Counted from the first letter of the stretch, positions 25,565 through 39,431 are shown. The stretch: DNA of 64,000 nucleotides from Octopus sinensis (GCF_006345805.1 NC_043012.1:6138001-6202000), one strand, 5' to 3'. The notes: a model not told the origin generated them from the sequence alone. A program made the numbers and translations.

Positions 25565-25952
25565 GTATATATAGGCTTTCAATTGTTACTAATTGTGACT
25601 AATGGTGCAGGGTAGGTGCTTCCTTGCACTATCAGTCACGATTAATGACAACTGAATTTTTCCTTTTTGGCTTTATACTGAATATAGCCGCCTTTGGTAT
25701 TTTATACAAATATATAGATATATGTGTGTGTGTGCATGCGTGTGTGTGTCTGTGTTTGTCTCCTACCACCACTTGACAACTGGTGTTTGTGTGTTTATGT
25801 CCTCATAAATTAGTGATTCAACAAAAGAGACCGATAGAATAAGTACCAGGTTTTAAAAAAAAAACAAGTTTTGGGGTCGGTTTGTTTGGAGGAAATTCTT
25901 TGAAGGCCGTGCCTCACCATTGCTCCAGTCTAATCACTGAAACAAATAAAAG
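24912..25952 (+). mobile_element. SINE-B split by about 0.7 kb of inserted sequence (including a minus-strand RTE-derived piece)
   Basis: Head at 24912-25060, tail at about 25740-25952. Confidence 0.65.
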
Positions 25953-26004
25953 ATACATATAAACACACACACACACACACACACATGAAGACGTATTTTT
26001 AATT

Positions 26005-26242
26005 ATTTTTTTAATGCTCACAAGGGGCTGAACGTAGAGGGGACAAACAAGGACAGACAAAGGGATTAAGTTGATTACATCGACCCCCAGTGCATAACTG
26101 GTACTTGTGTAATTGACCCCCCGGAAGGATGAAAGGCAAAGTCAACCTCGGTGGAATGTGAATTCAGAACATAGCAGCAGATGAAATACCACTAAGAATT
26201 TCGTCTGGTGTGCTAACGATTCTTCCAACTCACTGCCTTAAA
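26005..26242 (-). mobile_element. SINE family A, tail variant 2
   Basis: Family A head and body; 3' end ttgtcccctctacgttcagccccttgtg. Confidence 0.85.
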
Positions 26243-26717
26243 GATGTATATTTAATAGAATAGGTATATATGGGGACTGGTTTCTGGTTTGACACAAAGT
26301 TTTTACCTTCCTCAGCACATCTTAACCCTTAGAAACATCTTCACAGTCCACCATGTTGAAATCTGCTGGAATCCTTAAATGCATTAAATATATTGCCTTA
26401 TGCTATGATGGGATATGAGAAATCTTTTTCAGTTCGCTTGCCCATATACTGTTGTATCTATTATTTTCAGTGAAAGTTTTGGTGGTTTAAATGAAGGTTT
26501 TAACTCTTATTTCTAGTGAGTAGACACTTCAATGTGTCCTTTGATTAATATGATTTCAATTGTATAGCTACATATCATTGATTTAGGCCTGCAACCACCT
26601 ATATTACTATAATTTAGTTGTTATTGTAGACTATTTGTATTGACTTTGATAATAATAACAATATTAATATCAATATAAATATTCAATTCTGAATATTTTT
26701 CCTGCGATATATATATA

Positions 26718-26750
<33 letters not shown>

Positions 26751-26812
26751 AGGAATAAGGAGAAAATGGAGAGGTATTTAATAAAATTATTAATTATAAA
26801 ATATGACAACAT

Positions 26813-26896
26813 CTCTGACAGCTGTTTCGATTCAGAAATCTTTAGATAATTAATTTATAAAATTAAAATCATTACAAGATGAATCTCTTCAGAGGT
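26813..26896 (-). ncRNA. Type-I hammerhead ribozyme motif with intact core (Penelope-type)
   Basis: Minus strand: CTGAAGA-gattc..gaatc-GAA-ACAGCTGT-C; stem I only 2 bp. Confidence 0.65.
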
Positions 26897-27384
26897 AGTA
26901 AAGATATACTGATTAGAAATACATGTTGAGATAATGGCTATAAAACCGTCAACTAGTATCATACATACAAAAAGAGCTGGTTACAGAAGGACTCAATCCA
27001 ACGTAGGGGAGCAGGTAGTGTATATTTTTGTGTCTTATACACACGCACATATATGTGTGTATGTGGTGTATATTATGTATACAATACATATATATATATA
27101 TATAATATATAGATATATTATATTAATATATATATATATATGTATGTTGTATATGTATATGTATGTATGTTATGTATATGTATATATATATTATGTATTG
27201 TATTATATGTATATATATATATGTATGTATGTATATGTATATATATAGATGTATGTATGTATTATGTATATGTATATATATATGTATGTATGTTATTGTA
27301 TATATATATGTATGTATGTATGTATATGTATAATATATAGCCCTATAGCTGGTCCCTCACCCCTTTATCAACCCTATTATCTCC

Positions 27385-27640
27385 CTTATTTTCGCTCTCG
27401 CGTCTCATGTTTGATCTTGACCTCTGCCGAATAGATCGCCATGTTGATTCGTTAGCTACTGCATGCATTTTTTTTCTCTCCTTCTTTCGTGTTTTTTCTC
27501 TCTCTGTGTTCTTTCGTTAAGAGCGTAGGCTCGAAACGTTAAAGACTTGTTTATTTATATTTCCTAGTGCCATACTAATACAATTGTTCGTTTGTTTTCC
27601 ACCTGCCTTCGTCTTTTGTTTATTTTCATAAAGCTTCCCG
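27385..27640 (+). mobile_element. Penelope-like fragment with decayed hammerhead-like motif at 27510-27545
   Basis: Same family as 17845-18075. Confidence 0.6.
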
Positions 27641-28299
27641 TTATATATATATATATATATTATGTATATGTATATAATATATATATATTATTATATATAT
27701 AGTATATATAGATATATATTATATATATTATATATATATATATATATATTATATATAATGTCTTGCTTCAGTATTAGACTGTGACAACACACAACATCGT
27801 TGAATAGTGTAGATGTTTATCGGAGACATTCTCCTGTAATTCTCTCATGTATAACTATATAACTGTTACATGTGTACTCCTACCTTGTATTTGGAACATA
27901 TCTTCCTTGGTCCATCGTAGGTTATATTGCAAAAATTTTGTGCCACTTTAAAAGCACCTGTACCAGTCCCATGTAAAAATCTAAAAATCACCTGCGCTGG
28001 TACTACATATAAAGCACCCATGCTGGTACTACCTAAAAGCACTGGTGCAGGTGTCACATGAGAAGCATTCTGTTCAGTCTGTGATCTGGTTGGTATTTGC
28101 AAGGGCATCCAGCTTTAGAAACCATGCCAAAACAAAAAACTGGAGCCAGGTGCAGCTCTCTGACTGGCCAATTCCTGTCAAGCCATCCAACTTAAGCTAG
28201 CACGGAAAATGGATGTTAAATGATGATGGATTAAATTTGATATATATTTAGTATCCCTCTAAAATATTTTGTGAATTCTGGATACATACATGCATGAAT

Positions 28300-28705
<406 letters not shown>

Positions 28706-28715
28706 TATATATATT

Positions 28716-28965
28716 CTCCCAAAGAGTCTGAGGAACTTGCACTAAGTAGATGTAGCGGTTTTTAAATCAACGCTGGACACCTTCCTGTCAAGAGTCCCAG
28801 ATGAACCTACCTCACGGCAAGAGGTGCAAATGAGAGTAGTTATATCAAACTCCATTCTTCACCAAGTGCCACATATTAGACGAGGTTCATCGTAATAATA
28901 GTGTAGTACAAAACAGCGGTGCATCAGCATGGCCGCAGCTCTGACTGAACTAGAAAAAGAAGAAT
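28716..28965 (+). mobile_element. 3' end of a CR1-group (Crack/L2-like) LINE
   Basis: LPKSLRNLH*VDVAVFKSTLDTFLSRVPDEP..SNSILHQ, resembling a CR1-group ORF2 C-terminus; short 3' UTR. Confidence 0.7.
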
Positions 28966-29698
28966 ATATATATATATAATTATATATATAATTATATATA
29001 TATATATAATATATATATATATATATGCATTCATCCACATGCATACACACATTCATAATAAACAAACTTCACAATGCATTCAGGGATGTATGGCCTAATG
29101 CATCAAAACTGAATAGAACTACAACCAAGAGAGAAATAAATCAAATACACAGTGTATACCGGATGACTGCTTTACTGATTACATCAAAAAGGTTCTGAAA
29201 AAAAATTTACCTGATAAAATAGCACTTATTAATGCCTTATTGGATGAACTAACAGTATTTACCTTCTCTCATATCACCCATGTCTTGTAATTATTTCTAG
29301 AATCACTTAACCATCAACAGGTGTTTAGAGACTTTTTTGATGTAATGTGTAGTCAGCCATTGTATGGCAGAGATGTAAGTTCACTCCTGTAGAGTATTCT
29401 GTTCACTCGTGCTGTTCGAGGTTGTGGTCGTAAATGTGTTGTATAATGAATTTATATAATTGTTAAGATGGGTGTATGGCTCATAAGGATTAACTCATTT
29501 TTGCCAGCTGAGCGGACTGGAGTAATGCGAAATGAAGTGTTTTATCTAAAGAAGACAACATGTCCTGTCCAGGAATTGAAACCTCAACCTTATGGTCATG
29601 ATTGCAGCTCCCTAATCACTTAGTTTTGGTGGGGAAAAATAAAGTTGGATACTTTATGAATGCACCTCATTATATATATATATATATCTATATATATA

Positions 29699-30046
29699 TT
29701 AAAAATATAATGTTTATGAAAGAATGGAGTTGACGACTTGTTAACAAATTTCCTTTATTTTGACCATATGTTTCGAAGGCTGCATATTCCTAATTCCGAA
29801 GGAATAAGGAGTACATTATGCAGATTTCTCATCAGGAAAGGCAAGGAACTTATGTCAACATCAAAATGCTCTCCTTGAGAGCAGTCAGCTAAAAGTTTTT
29901 TGTGCATTTTGATGTCGACATAAGTTCCTTGTACTCCTTATTCCTTTGGAATTAGGAATATGCAGCCTTCGAAACATATGTCGAAAATAAAGGATATTTG
30001 TTAACAAGTCGTTCAACTCCATTCTTTCATAAACTTATATTTTTAA
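29699..30046. mobile_element. Fold-back element with hammerhead motif at 29758-29839 (-)
   Basis: Outer arms 29699-29815 and 29930-30046, inner arms 29842-29869 and 29904-29931; CTGATGA..GAAACATATG. Confidence 0.85.
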
Positions 30047-30229
30047 AATAAACATACAAATTTCCGCACGAAGACACGTAGTCTATGCCCTAGGGACGTA
30101 ACTTCAACCGTGTTCTTTCTGATGTGAATTTGCTACCCAGGTATTGGTTATCTTTCGAATTATCCTTTAAGATAATTCATTCAACTACTCAAATATATAT
30201 ATATATATATATATATTATATCTATTATA

Positions 30230-30361
30230 CTTTATTTAAAGCAGCAGAAAATTCAACAAAACCTGTTACTCTGAGTTTCCCGTTGCAAAAACTGTCAATG
30301 AACGGCAACGTGAAACTCAGAGTAACAGGTTTTGTTGAATTTTCTACTGCTTTAAATAAAG
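30230..30361. mobile_element. 57-bp-arm palindromic element with minimal hammerhead-like motif at 30292-30328 (+)
   Basis: Arms 30230-30286 and 30305-30361, 2 mismatches, 18 nt loop. Confidence 0.85.
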
Positions 30362-31167
30362 CATATTACTCTACCACTAGTATTTGAGTACTCTTTTTCC
30401 ACCTTGTTTCACATTTATGTGTTTACTCCGGTATGTATATGTGTGGCACCTTAGGCAAATGTCTGCTATTATAGCCTTGGGCTGACCAAAGTCTTGTGAG
30501 TAGATTTAGTAGAGAGAAACTGAAAGAAGCCTGTCGTGTATATGTGTTTGTGTCCATTTGTCCCCCTCTACTGTTTGCAAACTGGCTTTGGCATTTTTGC
30601 ATCCCTTAGTGGCTTGGCAAAAGTGACCAATAGAATAGGAACCAGGTTTTAAAAAAATGACTACAGTTTAATGACTGAAACAAGTAAAAGATAAAAGATA
30701 TACACATACATATATACACAAATGTAAACATACAGAACATATATTGCATGTATGTATATGAGGGCTTCCATATAGATTTTTTCTACGAAATTCATTCATA
30801 AAGCATAGGACAGCTAGAGCTATAGAAGAAGATACTTGCCCAAGGTGCTACACAGTGGCATATAAATTGTGCTTATGCAGGTTCTGTTTAAACGCACCTG
30901 CACTGGTGACATGTAAAGAGCGCCCTGCACACTCTGGGACATGGTTGGCATTATGAAGGGCATCCAGCTGTAGAAACAATGCCAGAAAATACAGCTCCTG
31001 TCAAACCATCCAACCCATGCTAGCATGGAAAGCAGACATTAAACAATGATGATAAAAATAATGCTGATGTGTGTGTGTGTGTGTGCATGTGAGTGTTTGT
31101 GTGCAAGTGTGCATTTATGAATCCTGCATCTACAATACTGCATACATTGGTTAATATATCCACTCTG

Positions 31168-31567
31168 TAAGGTGGCAAAATGCTTAGCGGTATTTCATCT
31201 GTCTTTATGTTCTGAGTTCAAATTCTGTCGAGGTTGACTTTCAGAGTCGATAAATTAAGTACCAGTTGTGTACTGGGGTCGATCAAATTGACTGCCTCCC
31301 CTCTCACCAAATTTTGAACTTTGTGCCTAGAGTAGAAAAGATTCTTTTGAAGATGCCTAGCTGGCAGAAACGTTAGCACAATGGGCAAAATGCTTAGCAG
31401 TGTTTCGTCTGTCTTTGTGTTCTGAGTTCAAATTCTGGTGAGGCCGACTTTGCCTTTCATCCTTTCAGGGCTGATAAATTAAAACCCAGTTGCATACTGG
31501 AGTCTATCTAATTGACTGGCCCCCTCCCCACAAAATGTCGGGCCTTGGGCCTAGAGTAGAAAAGAAT
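31168..31567 (+). mobile_element. Two tandem SINE family A copies
   Basis: 31168-31322 and 31350-31567 match family A. Confidence 0.8.
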
Positions 31568-31970
31568 ATATCCACTCTCTTGACAAATATGCAGATGCCT
31601 AGTTTTCTGACTAATAGATTCTTGGACAATCTATACAAGTGAGTATGTATTTGTTATCAAACATGCACTGAAATTTATTCAAAAAAGCATATTTTTTATT
31701 CAAAAACCTTTCAGTAAAATGTGATTCACACTTTTCTTTGTATTAAACCTACTTTGTTAAAATATACATTAATATTTTTTACAGTAGAACTTTCATGCGT
31801 ACACATTGTTTTGTATTTGTGTTTTTATACACACAGATATATAATAGAAATATTTACGACTTATGTTAAAAAATGAAACTTACTTTATTCAATTATGTAT
31901 ATGTAAATTTAGTGTATTTTCAACTCTTATTATATATATGAATGGAATATCTCAGTAAACATGTATGTGT

Positions 31971-32007
<37 letters not shown>

Positions 32008-33689
32008 ATTTGATTCAGTTTGCCAGAACAAGAAATAATTGTTAATTTTAGTTCTGGTTGACTGCATGAAATAGGTTATTTATTTTCTATTTCTGAATAT
32101 TCAGTGCTTTTTCTCTTACCATTACTAGTAATGTATGCATATATGTGTGTTTGTGTCTGTGCATACACACACTCATGCACACACATACACACACACATAT
32201 ATATGTAATATGTATTATCTGATTGATATGACAATACCATTGTTGTCGTCCATACCTTCACACATGTTATATGTGATGTCGCTCAAACATTGCCAAAACA
32301 ATTGTAAATCACGAAATAAATCTAAAACCAGGAACATCATTCTTCATTTATTTTACACCCACATGCCCACACACATACAAACACACACACATACACACAC
32401 ACACACATACAAACACACACACATACAAACACACACACATACACACACACAAACACACACACACAGAGGGTCTCCATAAAGTCTGAAAAAGAAGTCGTTT
32501 CTAAGTTTCAGAAATTGGGGAAAATATTTGATGAAACAAATAATAAATAAAACTCCAGAAGGACAGAAAAACTAGATACATCAAATGTCTTAAGTCCATG
32601 TTTTTGCATTTGTCCCATTCTTGACCATGAAAAAGATAAATGATAATATATCTGCATGAATGAACGTACATAAACTCACATGTAAACAACACCACACACA
32701 CACACACACAAACACACATATTCACACACATATGTGTACATACATATACACAGATGCACATACATACATGCACACACATTTATACATATACATATACACA
32801 CATGCATGCACATATATATTCATACATATACACACATGCACAAACACACATATATATATATACTTAAAATAATATAGGGTAGCAAAATTTTAGAAATTTT
32901 TTTATTCCCTTCGAAATTGCTCTCAATGTGGGTTTGGAAGTTTTGACTGCTCCTTCTAGCATGTAAGGTGGCCTGTTAAGGGTTACCTCTTTCTATGTTT
33001 AAATGTACACTAATTTTATATGGAAAATATGTTATATATGTGTGTGTGTGTGTGTGTGTATGTATATAGATATATATTTACACAGAGGTACACACACATA
33101 CACACATGCACCAACACGCACACACACACACACACATAGATATGTATCAATCCAAATATGCAATGTTACAAATTTATTGCAGCTGATCTCACCAATCAGT
33201 TTTGCACTGGATATTAAATAATTGGGCAGATATCTAATACACATGCTCTTCAGGGATGACAGGTATGGAAAGAAATTTGGTGTCTGCTCTCTGTTACTGA
33301 ATGTGAGAAAGCATGTGTGTATATGTGTGTGTGTACATATATATAATAATATAAATAATATATATATATGCATATATATATGCATATATATATATATGCA
33401 TATATACATACGTATATGTACATACTTACAACTATATGTATATATATATGTATATATATATACATATGTGGGCACAGGACGTCATGAAACGTGTACAACA
33501 AAAAATACGATGTAATGAGTACATGGAATATGAACTATTTTTTTCAAACATCAAAAGACACAAATGGAAAACAAAACAAACAACACAAAGAACAACCCTC
33601 CATCAGTTGTTGGCTGTTTTTCTACTCTCGTATTTCGAGCATACACACACACACACACACACACGCACATACACACGCACATATACATA

Positions 33690-33996
33690 AAAGGGTAAAG
33701 ACCCCCCTTCAGTCATAAATGACCATGGAATTGTACCTAGATAGTTACTCCCCGAGGTACAAGTCCGGGCAAGGTTGTTTTGTGGAAGACCAACCTCCCC
33801 TCTCCATGCCACCAATGTTGTCCAAGAGAAAGGTAAAGACTGATACATCACAATTCACTTCTACAGCTGAGTGAACTGGAACAAGATGAAATAAAGTGTC
33901 TTGCTGAAGAACACAACACACAGCCCCTTTCAGGAATCGAACTCATTACTTCATGATTGTGAATCCGACATTCTAACCAGAGAGCCATGCACCTCA
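33690..33996 (-). mobile_element. tRNA-derived CORE-like SINE, family C
   Basis: Minus strand A/B-box-like head (tggttagaat..gagttcgattcc) then tgttcttcagcaagacacttt; related to 39045-39370, 10030-10225, 11640-11935 and 29430-29620. Confidence 0.7.
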
Positions 33997-34622
33997 ATAC
34001 ATTGCTGGTACTGATAAAAAGAAGAACAGAAGGATTTATGCTTGTGATAGCTTCTACCTCCCCAAATTATGTCATATCAATACTGAGAACTCCTTTTCTG
34101 CCTCATCCTGGTGCTATCTACCAGTTTACTCCCACAACCCACACAACACACATAAAATTTCGACAGCTTATTCCCACCCCAGGACCTATATTATGTCAGT
34201 CATCGTACTGCTCTATTGAGTAACACTTATCTTAGGGTCAGGGCCTATAAGAGTGGAAGGGGCAGTGGGTTCATCTGGTACATTAGTCAAGGGACCCTTG
34301 GAGTCAGTTAAGTAAAGGCTTATAAGTATATGACAAGCCCCTTCTCCCAAAGTGAAAGGAAAAAAACAAGCAAACATTACAGCATAAATTTTAGAGGGGT
34401 TAAGCCCCGACCCCTGTCTCCCTACGAAAGTAATCTTGTTCCTACAGAATTTTTCTTCTAAGTGTGAGTGTTCTCAAAAGTGTAGGTGTTTGTATCTATG
34501 AAGGCCTACAGGAGGCCTTGTGTATATACATGCACTTGTCTGTGTGTGAGAGGGAGAGAGAGAGAGAAAGGGAGAGAGGGAGAGGGAGAGGTAGAGTGTG
34601 TGTGTGTGTATGCTGTTCATGG

Positions 34623-34659
<37 letters not shown>

Positions 34660-34726
34660 CATGTTTGTGTGCATATATGTGTTAGCATGAATATATGTAT
34701 GTGTTATGTGATGTATGTATACAGCC

Positions 34727-34757
<31 letters not shown>

Positions 34758-35523
34758 ATAAATATATATATATATACATATATATAGGAGAGACAGGAGA
34801 GGGAGAGAGGGAGAGAGAGAGGGACAGAGACAGAAAGAGACAGACAGACAGACAGAGAAAACAGATAGACAGATTGATACATTGGTAGATAGACCGATAG
34901 ATAGACAAATAAATAAATAGCAGTGTGAGAATGAATGTGCCTACGTGTACCTATCCCACTTACAAGTGTGTAGAATGGATGTATATAGTGTATAATCTAT
35001 GTGTGTGTGAATGGTGTGAATACAAGTGTGCATGTATCTATAAATGTGTCTGAGTATGCGTGAGTGTGTCTATATTTGTGTGTGTCATAGTGTGTGTATG
35101 AATGTGTGTACGTGCATATATAAATATATGTAGTGTTGAATGTATATATGTGTGTGTGTGTGTGTACCTAGTTGACATTTGACACAAATATAAAATACAT
35201 GACCCTAAAATCTCCCTAACTACTGATTGTTTTACTGTGGGGTGGGGGATGCAAGTGGAGGGGTTACCTGGGTCCAAGGGGGTAAGTGTTTTCTTGCGGG
35301 GGTGGGGGGGGGGAGTGCAAGGTGATCTTGTTTCTATAGCAACAAGATGGCTACTGTTGTTGTTGTGATGCCCTAAGGGTTAATTATGATCAAAAGTGTT
35401 CCAGTCTTTTGTTTACATTCAAAGATAGCGAATCTTCTTCGACTCCATTATCTGTTGTGTCTTTTCTGTTACATTTTTTTCCTTGCTAAATGATAGAATG
35501 TAATTTGAGAGGTTTTGAAGGAA

Positions 35524-35555
<32 letters not shown>

Positions 35556-35556
35556 T

Positions 35557-35682
35557 TATGAGCCACATAGTTCTGGGTTCAGTCCCACTGCATGGTACCT
35601 TGGGCAAGTATCTTCTACTAATGCTTTGGGCCGACCAAAGCCTTGTGAGTGGATTTGGTAGATGGAAACTGAAAGAAAACCG

Positions 35683-35730
<48 letters not shown>

Positions 35731-35975
35731 GATATATATATATATGTATGTGTGTGTATATATGTTTGTGTGTCTGTGTTAGTCCCCCCCACATCGTTTC
35801 ACAACTGATGCTGGTGTGTTTATGTCCCTGTAACTTAGAGGTTCGGCAAAAGAGACCGGTAGAATAAGTACTAGGCTTACAAAGAATAAGTCCTGGGGTC
35901 GATTTGCTTGACTAAAGGCGGTGCTCCAGCATGACCACAGTCAAATGACTGAAACAAGTAAAAGAGTAAAAGAAT
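35557..35975 (+). mobile_element. SINE family B
   Basis: Head, microsatellite and tail present. Confidence 0.85.
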
Positions 35976-36228
35976 ATATATATATATATAATAAATATAA
36001 ACCAATGATCATGATGATGAGATGATGATGATGATGATGATATATATATATATGAATATATATATGTTTGTATTTATTATATATATATATACACACACAT
36101 ATATATATATACACATATATATATGTATATATATATATGTATATATATGTATATATATGTATATACACACACACACACACACACTCATATATAGATATAT
36201 ATATATATGTATATATATCCTATATCTA

Positions 36229-36284
<56 letters not shown>

Positions 36285-36994
36285 GATGTATGCATGTTGA
36301 TGTCTCAATTTGGCCACAGTTCAATGATTGTTACAAGTACTTTGTATAAGAGATTTGTGTGTGTGCATGTGTGTGTGTGTGTGTGTGTGTATGTAAGCGT
36401 GTGTAAATGCACGTGTTTATGTGAGTGTGTGGCACTTTGAACATAAAGAAAGAAAACAGAGATGTAAAGATGGGCAGTCAAAAATGATAGACAAGTACGA
36501 CCTAGAAACAAACAGATGGATAGACCCTGACAGCTGGGTTGACTGACAACAAACTGTCACAATTTTGCGACATGATCATCATGTCTTTTACATATTTCTT
36601 TATTTGTTGCTTTTGTTGTTGTATTTCAATATTTTGCTTAAGCGTTATTATTGTAAGGTTCAAAAATATTTAAAATATCAAACACACCCTAAAATCTAGA
36701 AACCCTCACTGTCCTCTTTATATACATACATACTTATATACATGCATACATATATATGCATGTGTATATCACAAACAGACATCAACATTTTCTCTCCAAA
36801 AGGTTTTAATTTAGTATTTATAGATATATAGCTTTATTTGCTTCCAGATACACTGTTCATAAAAAGAATTGCTTTATCTTCTCAAAGTTTGTAAATTCTT
36901 ATGACATCAACATATATATAGTTGTTTAAGAATCCATAAGTTAGAAAAAATATGAACTTGTATATTTGTCAGTAGAATGTGTATATTAATGAAA

Positions 36995-37248
36995 GTATGC
37001 ATTGTTGTATATCCATTACAGCTGATCTTAACAATTGGTTTTGCACTAAAGGTTCAACAGGTTGTTTGATAATAACCTGATTATGTAATCCTGCACTCTT
37101 CAGAGATCGCAGTTATGGAAGTCAAAATATCACCTGCTGTTGCCATTTTTACTTCCATAACTGCCATCTCTGTTATCTAACACCCTGTTGAATCCCTATT
37201 GTTAAACCAATTGGTAAAATCAGCCATAAGGGATATATGATACTGTAC
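36995..37248. mobile_element. Imperfect palindromic MITE-like repeat (related pieces at about 24560-24700 and 33180-33300)
   Basis: Outer arms gctgat..ttcaacagg..gataa and inner arms agagat.gcagttatggaagt are reverse complements. Confidence 0.65.
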
Positions 37249-37300
37249 TCTTTGATTAATACATATATGTGTGTAAAAAAGACAAAAATGGGGTTTAAAA

Positions 37301-37382
37301 TTTACGACAGCTGTTTCGATAAAATTTTGTTGATGCATTCATAGATTACATCATAGTATATAATCTGCCATCCTCAGATAAA
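37301..37382 (-). ncRNA. Type-I hammerhead ribozyme motif with intact core (Penelope-type)
   Basis: Minus strand: tttat-CTGAGGA..c-GAA-ACAGCTGT-C-gtaaa; 5-bp stem I; base of stem II weak. Confidence 0.65.
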
Positions 37383-39044
37383 ATTTTAAACAAGTGAGAT
37401 AATACCTTGATCATGCATAGCAGGTTCCTTTCACTTTCTGTCTATCAAATCACCTTACATGGCTATGGTCAGCTGAGGCTATAGTAGAAGACACTTACCC
37501 TAGATGCCACACAGTGGGACTAAACATGAAACTGTGTGGTTGGAAAGCTAACTTTAGACCACCCAATACATACACACCATTGATAGGCCAATTACTACAG
37601 TATCCATCCGTAGATAACAACTCTTGTGGATTTGCCATGTTAAAATCACAAGTATTATTGAGGGAGATGAAAATATCGCCAGCAGTGGCCTGTGAGAACA
37701 TCACATGCATTTCAGCCTTTTTGTGTGTCATCAGTGATGTATAGATGTACACTTGCAGCCAGCCACACACCTGCACATGAAATCATCATCTCTGATATAT
37801 AGTGCATGAAAATGTTCACTGGTATTGTGATCAGTTGAAATGCATTTAGTGTTCTCAGTGGCTAATGTTGGGAGGAATTATCTCTTTCTGATATATATAT
37901 ATAGTGTTTTTAACACAACAATGCGATGTTATCTCAGGACAAAAACTTCAGCAACTGACCTATTGACTGTGTGTATACATGTATGGTACACTGATGGCTA
38001 TTTGAATTAAATACTGCTTCAGTTGCATATACTATATTTTTATTCAGCTGGGCAGCTTCTTACAAGATCAGTGAATGCTTTATTCACTTGTTTCAGACCA
38101 GAAAAAAATCTTATCCAATCATATGGTTTGTTTGTGAATAAACATCTTTGAAAAGGTCTAAAATGTCTAAAATACATCTGGCATTCTTGCTGGTTACTGC
38201 AGGGGTAGGGGGTGACTGGTCATCTCCCTTTGAAATTGTATTTTTATTACTGCATACTCATAAGAGATGTTATCCCGGGACAAATACTGCAGTAACTGGC
38301 TTATAAACCGTGTGTATACATTAAATATGATACATAGACACTCATTTTAATATTAGACATTATAAACATCAAAATGAAGCAGAGATGAAGCTAAAGGTAC
38401 ATTGGTAGGACTAGAACCAACCATCTATTTCATGTCAGTTAACAACATTTCTAATTATATCAAAGAACACCTGCTAAGCCATCTCCGTAAATAACATACC
38501 CTAATTTCTGTCATGTTGGTGTACTATAATATCTAATTTTAGACAATAGAATGGCAGGTGTTCTGTAATATAATTTGCAATGTGGCAAGTGATCAATAGA
38601 CTCAAACACCATCGTTAACATTAAAATTGTAGAAGTTAATTCATAAATTGATAGAGAAGCTTTCACACACCAATTCACTACAGCCACAGACCCGCCCATT
38701 AACATTCTCTACTGTCTATCTCTTCTTTGGCTTCTGTTCTTGAGTGACTGCCTAAGAAACTTTATAGTGAATTTAATCCCGGTCAGATTGTCATGTTGAT
38801 TTTACCTTCAGAAATGCCTATCAGTTACACTTCACCATTGTTAATTTTCATTACTGTTCAAATGGACATGGGAAAAAATATATGTTAACTTTAGATGTTT
38901 ACACCTTCAACTATACTCAGGGTAGTTTATTTTCTCTGAAGTTTGCTTCCTACACAGATGGTTTTGGGTTCAGCCCCACTATAAGGCAAGTGCCTTCTGT
39001 TATGATCCTGGCTGACCAAAACCCTCTGAGTGGATTTGGTATAT

Positions 39045-39370
39045 GGAAAATGAATCATGAGGTTGGGAGTTCGATTCCCAGACTGGGCTGCGTGTTGTGT
39101 TCTTGAGCAAGACACTTATTTCCCATTGCTCCCATTCACTCAGCTGTAGAAATGAGTTGCGACATCTCTGGTGCCAAGCTGTATCGACCTTTGCCTTTCC
39201 CTTGGATAACATCGGTGGTGTAGAGAAGGGGGGTGGTGGTATGCATGGGCAACTGATGGTTTTCCATAAAAACAACCCTAGATTGTGTGTTCACTGGTGA
39301 GGTGACTTTCTGCCCAGACTTGTAACCTAGAGGGGAACCCCTTAGGTGCACCCACGGTTATTCATGACTG
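39045..39370 (+). mobile_element. SINE family C
   Basis: gggagttcgattccc B-box followed by CORE-like tgttcttgagcaagacactt. Confidence 0.75.
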
Positions 39371-39387
39371 ACGGAGTTGTTTAGTTT

Positions 39388-39430
<43 letters not shown>

Positions 39431-39431
<1 letters not shown>

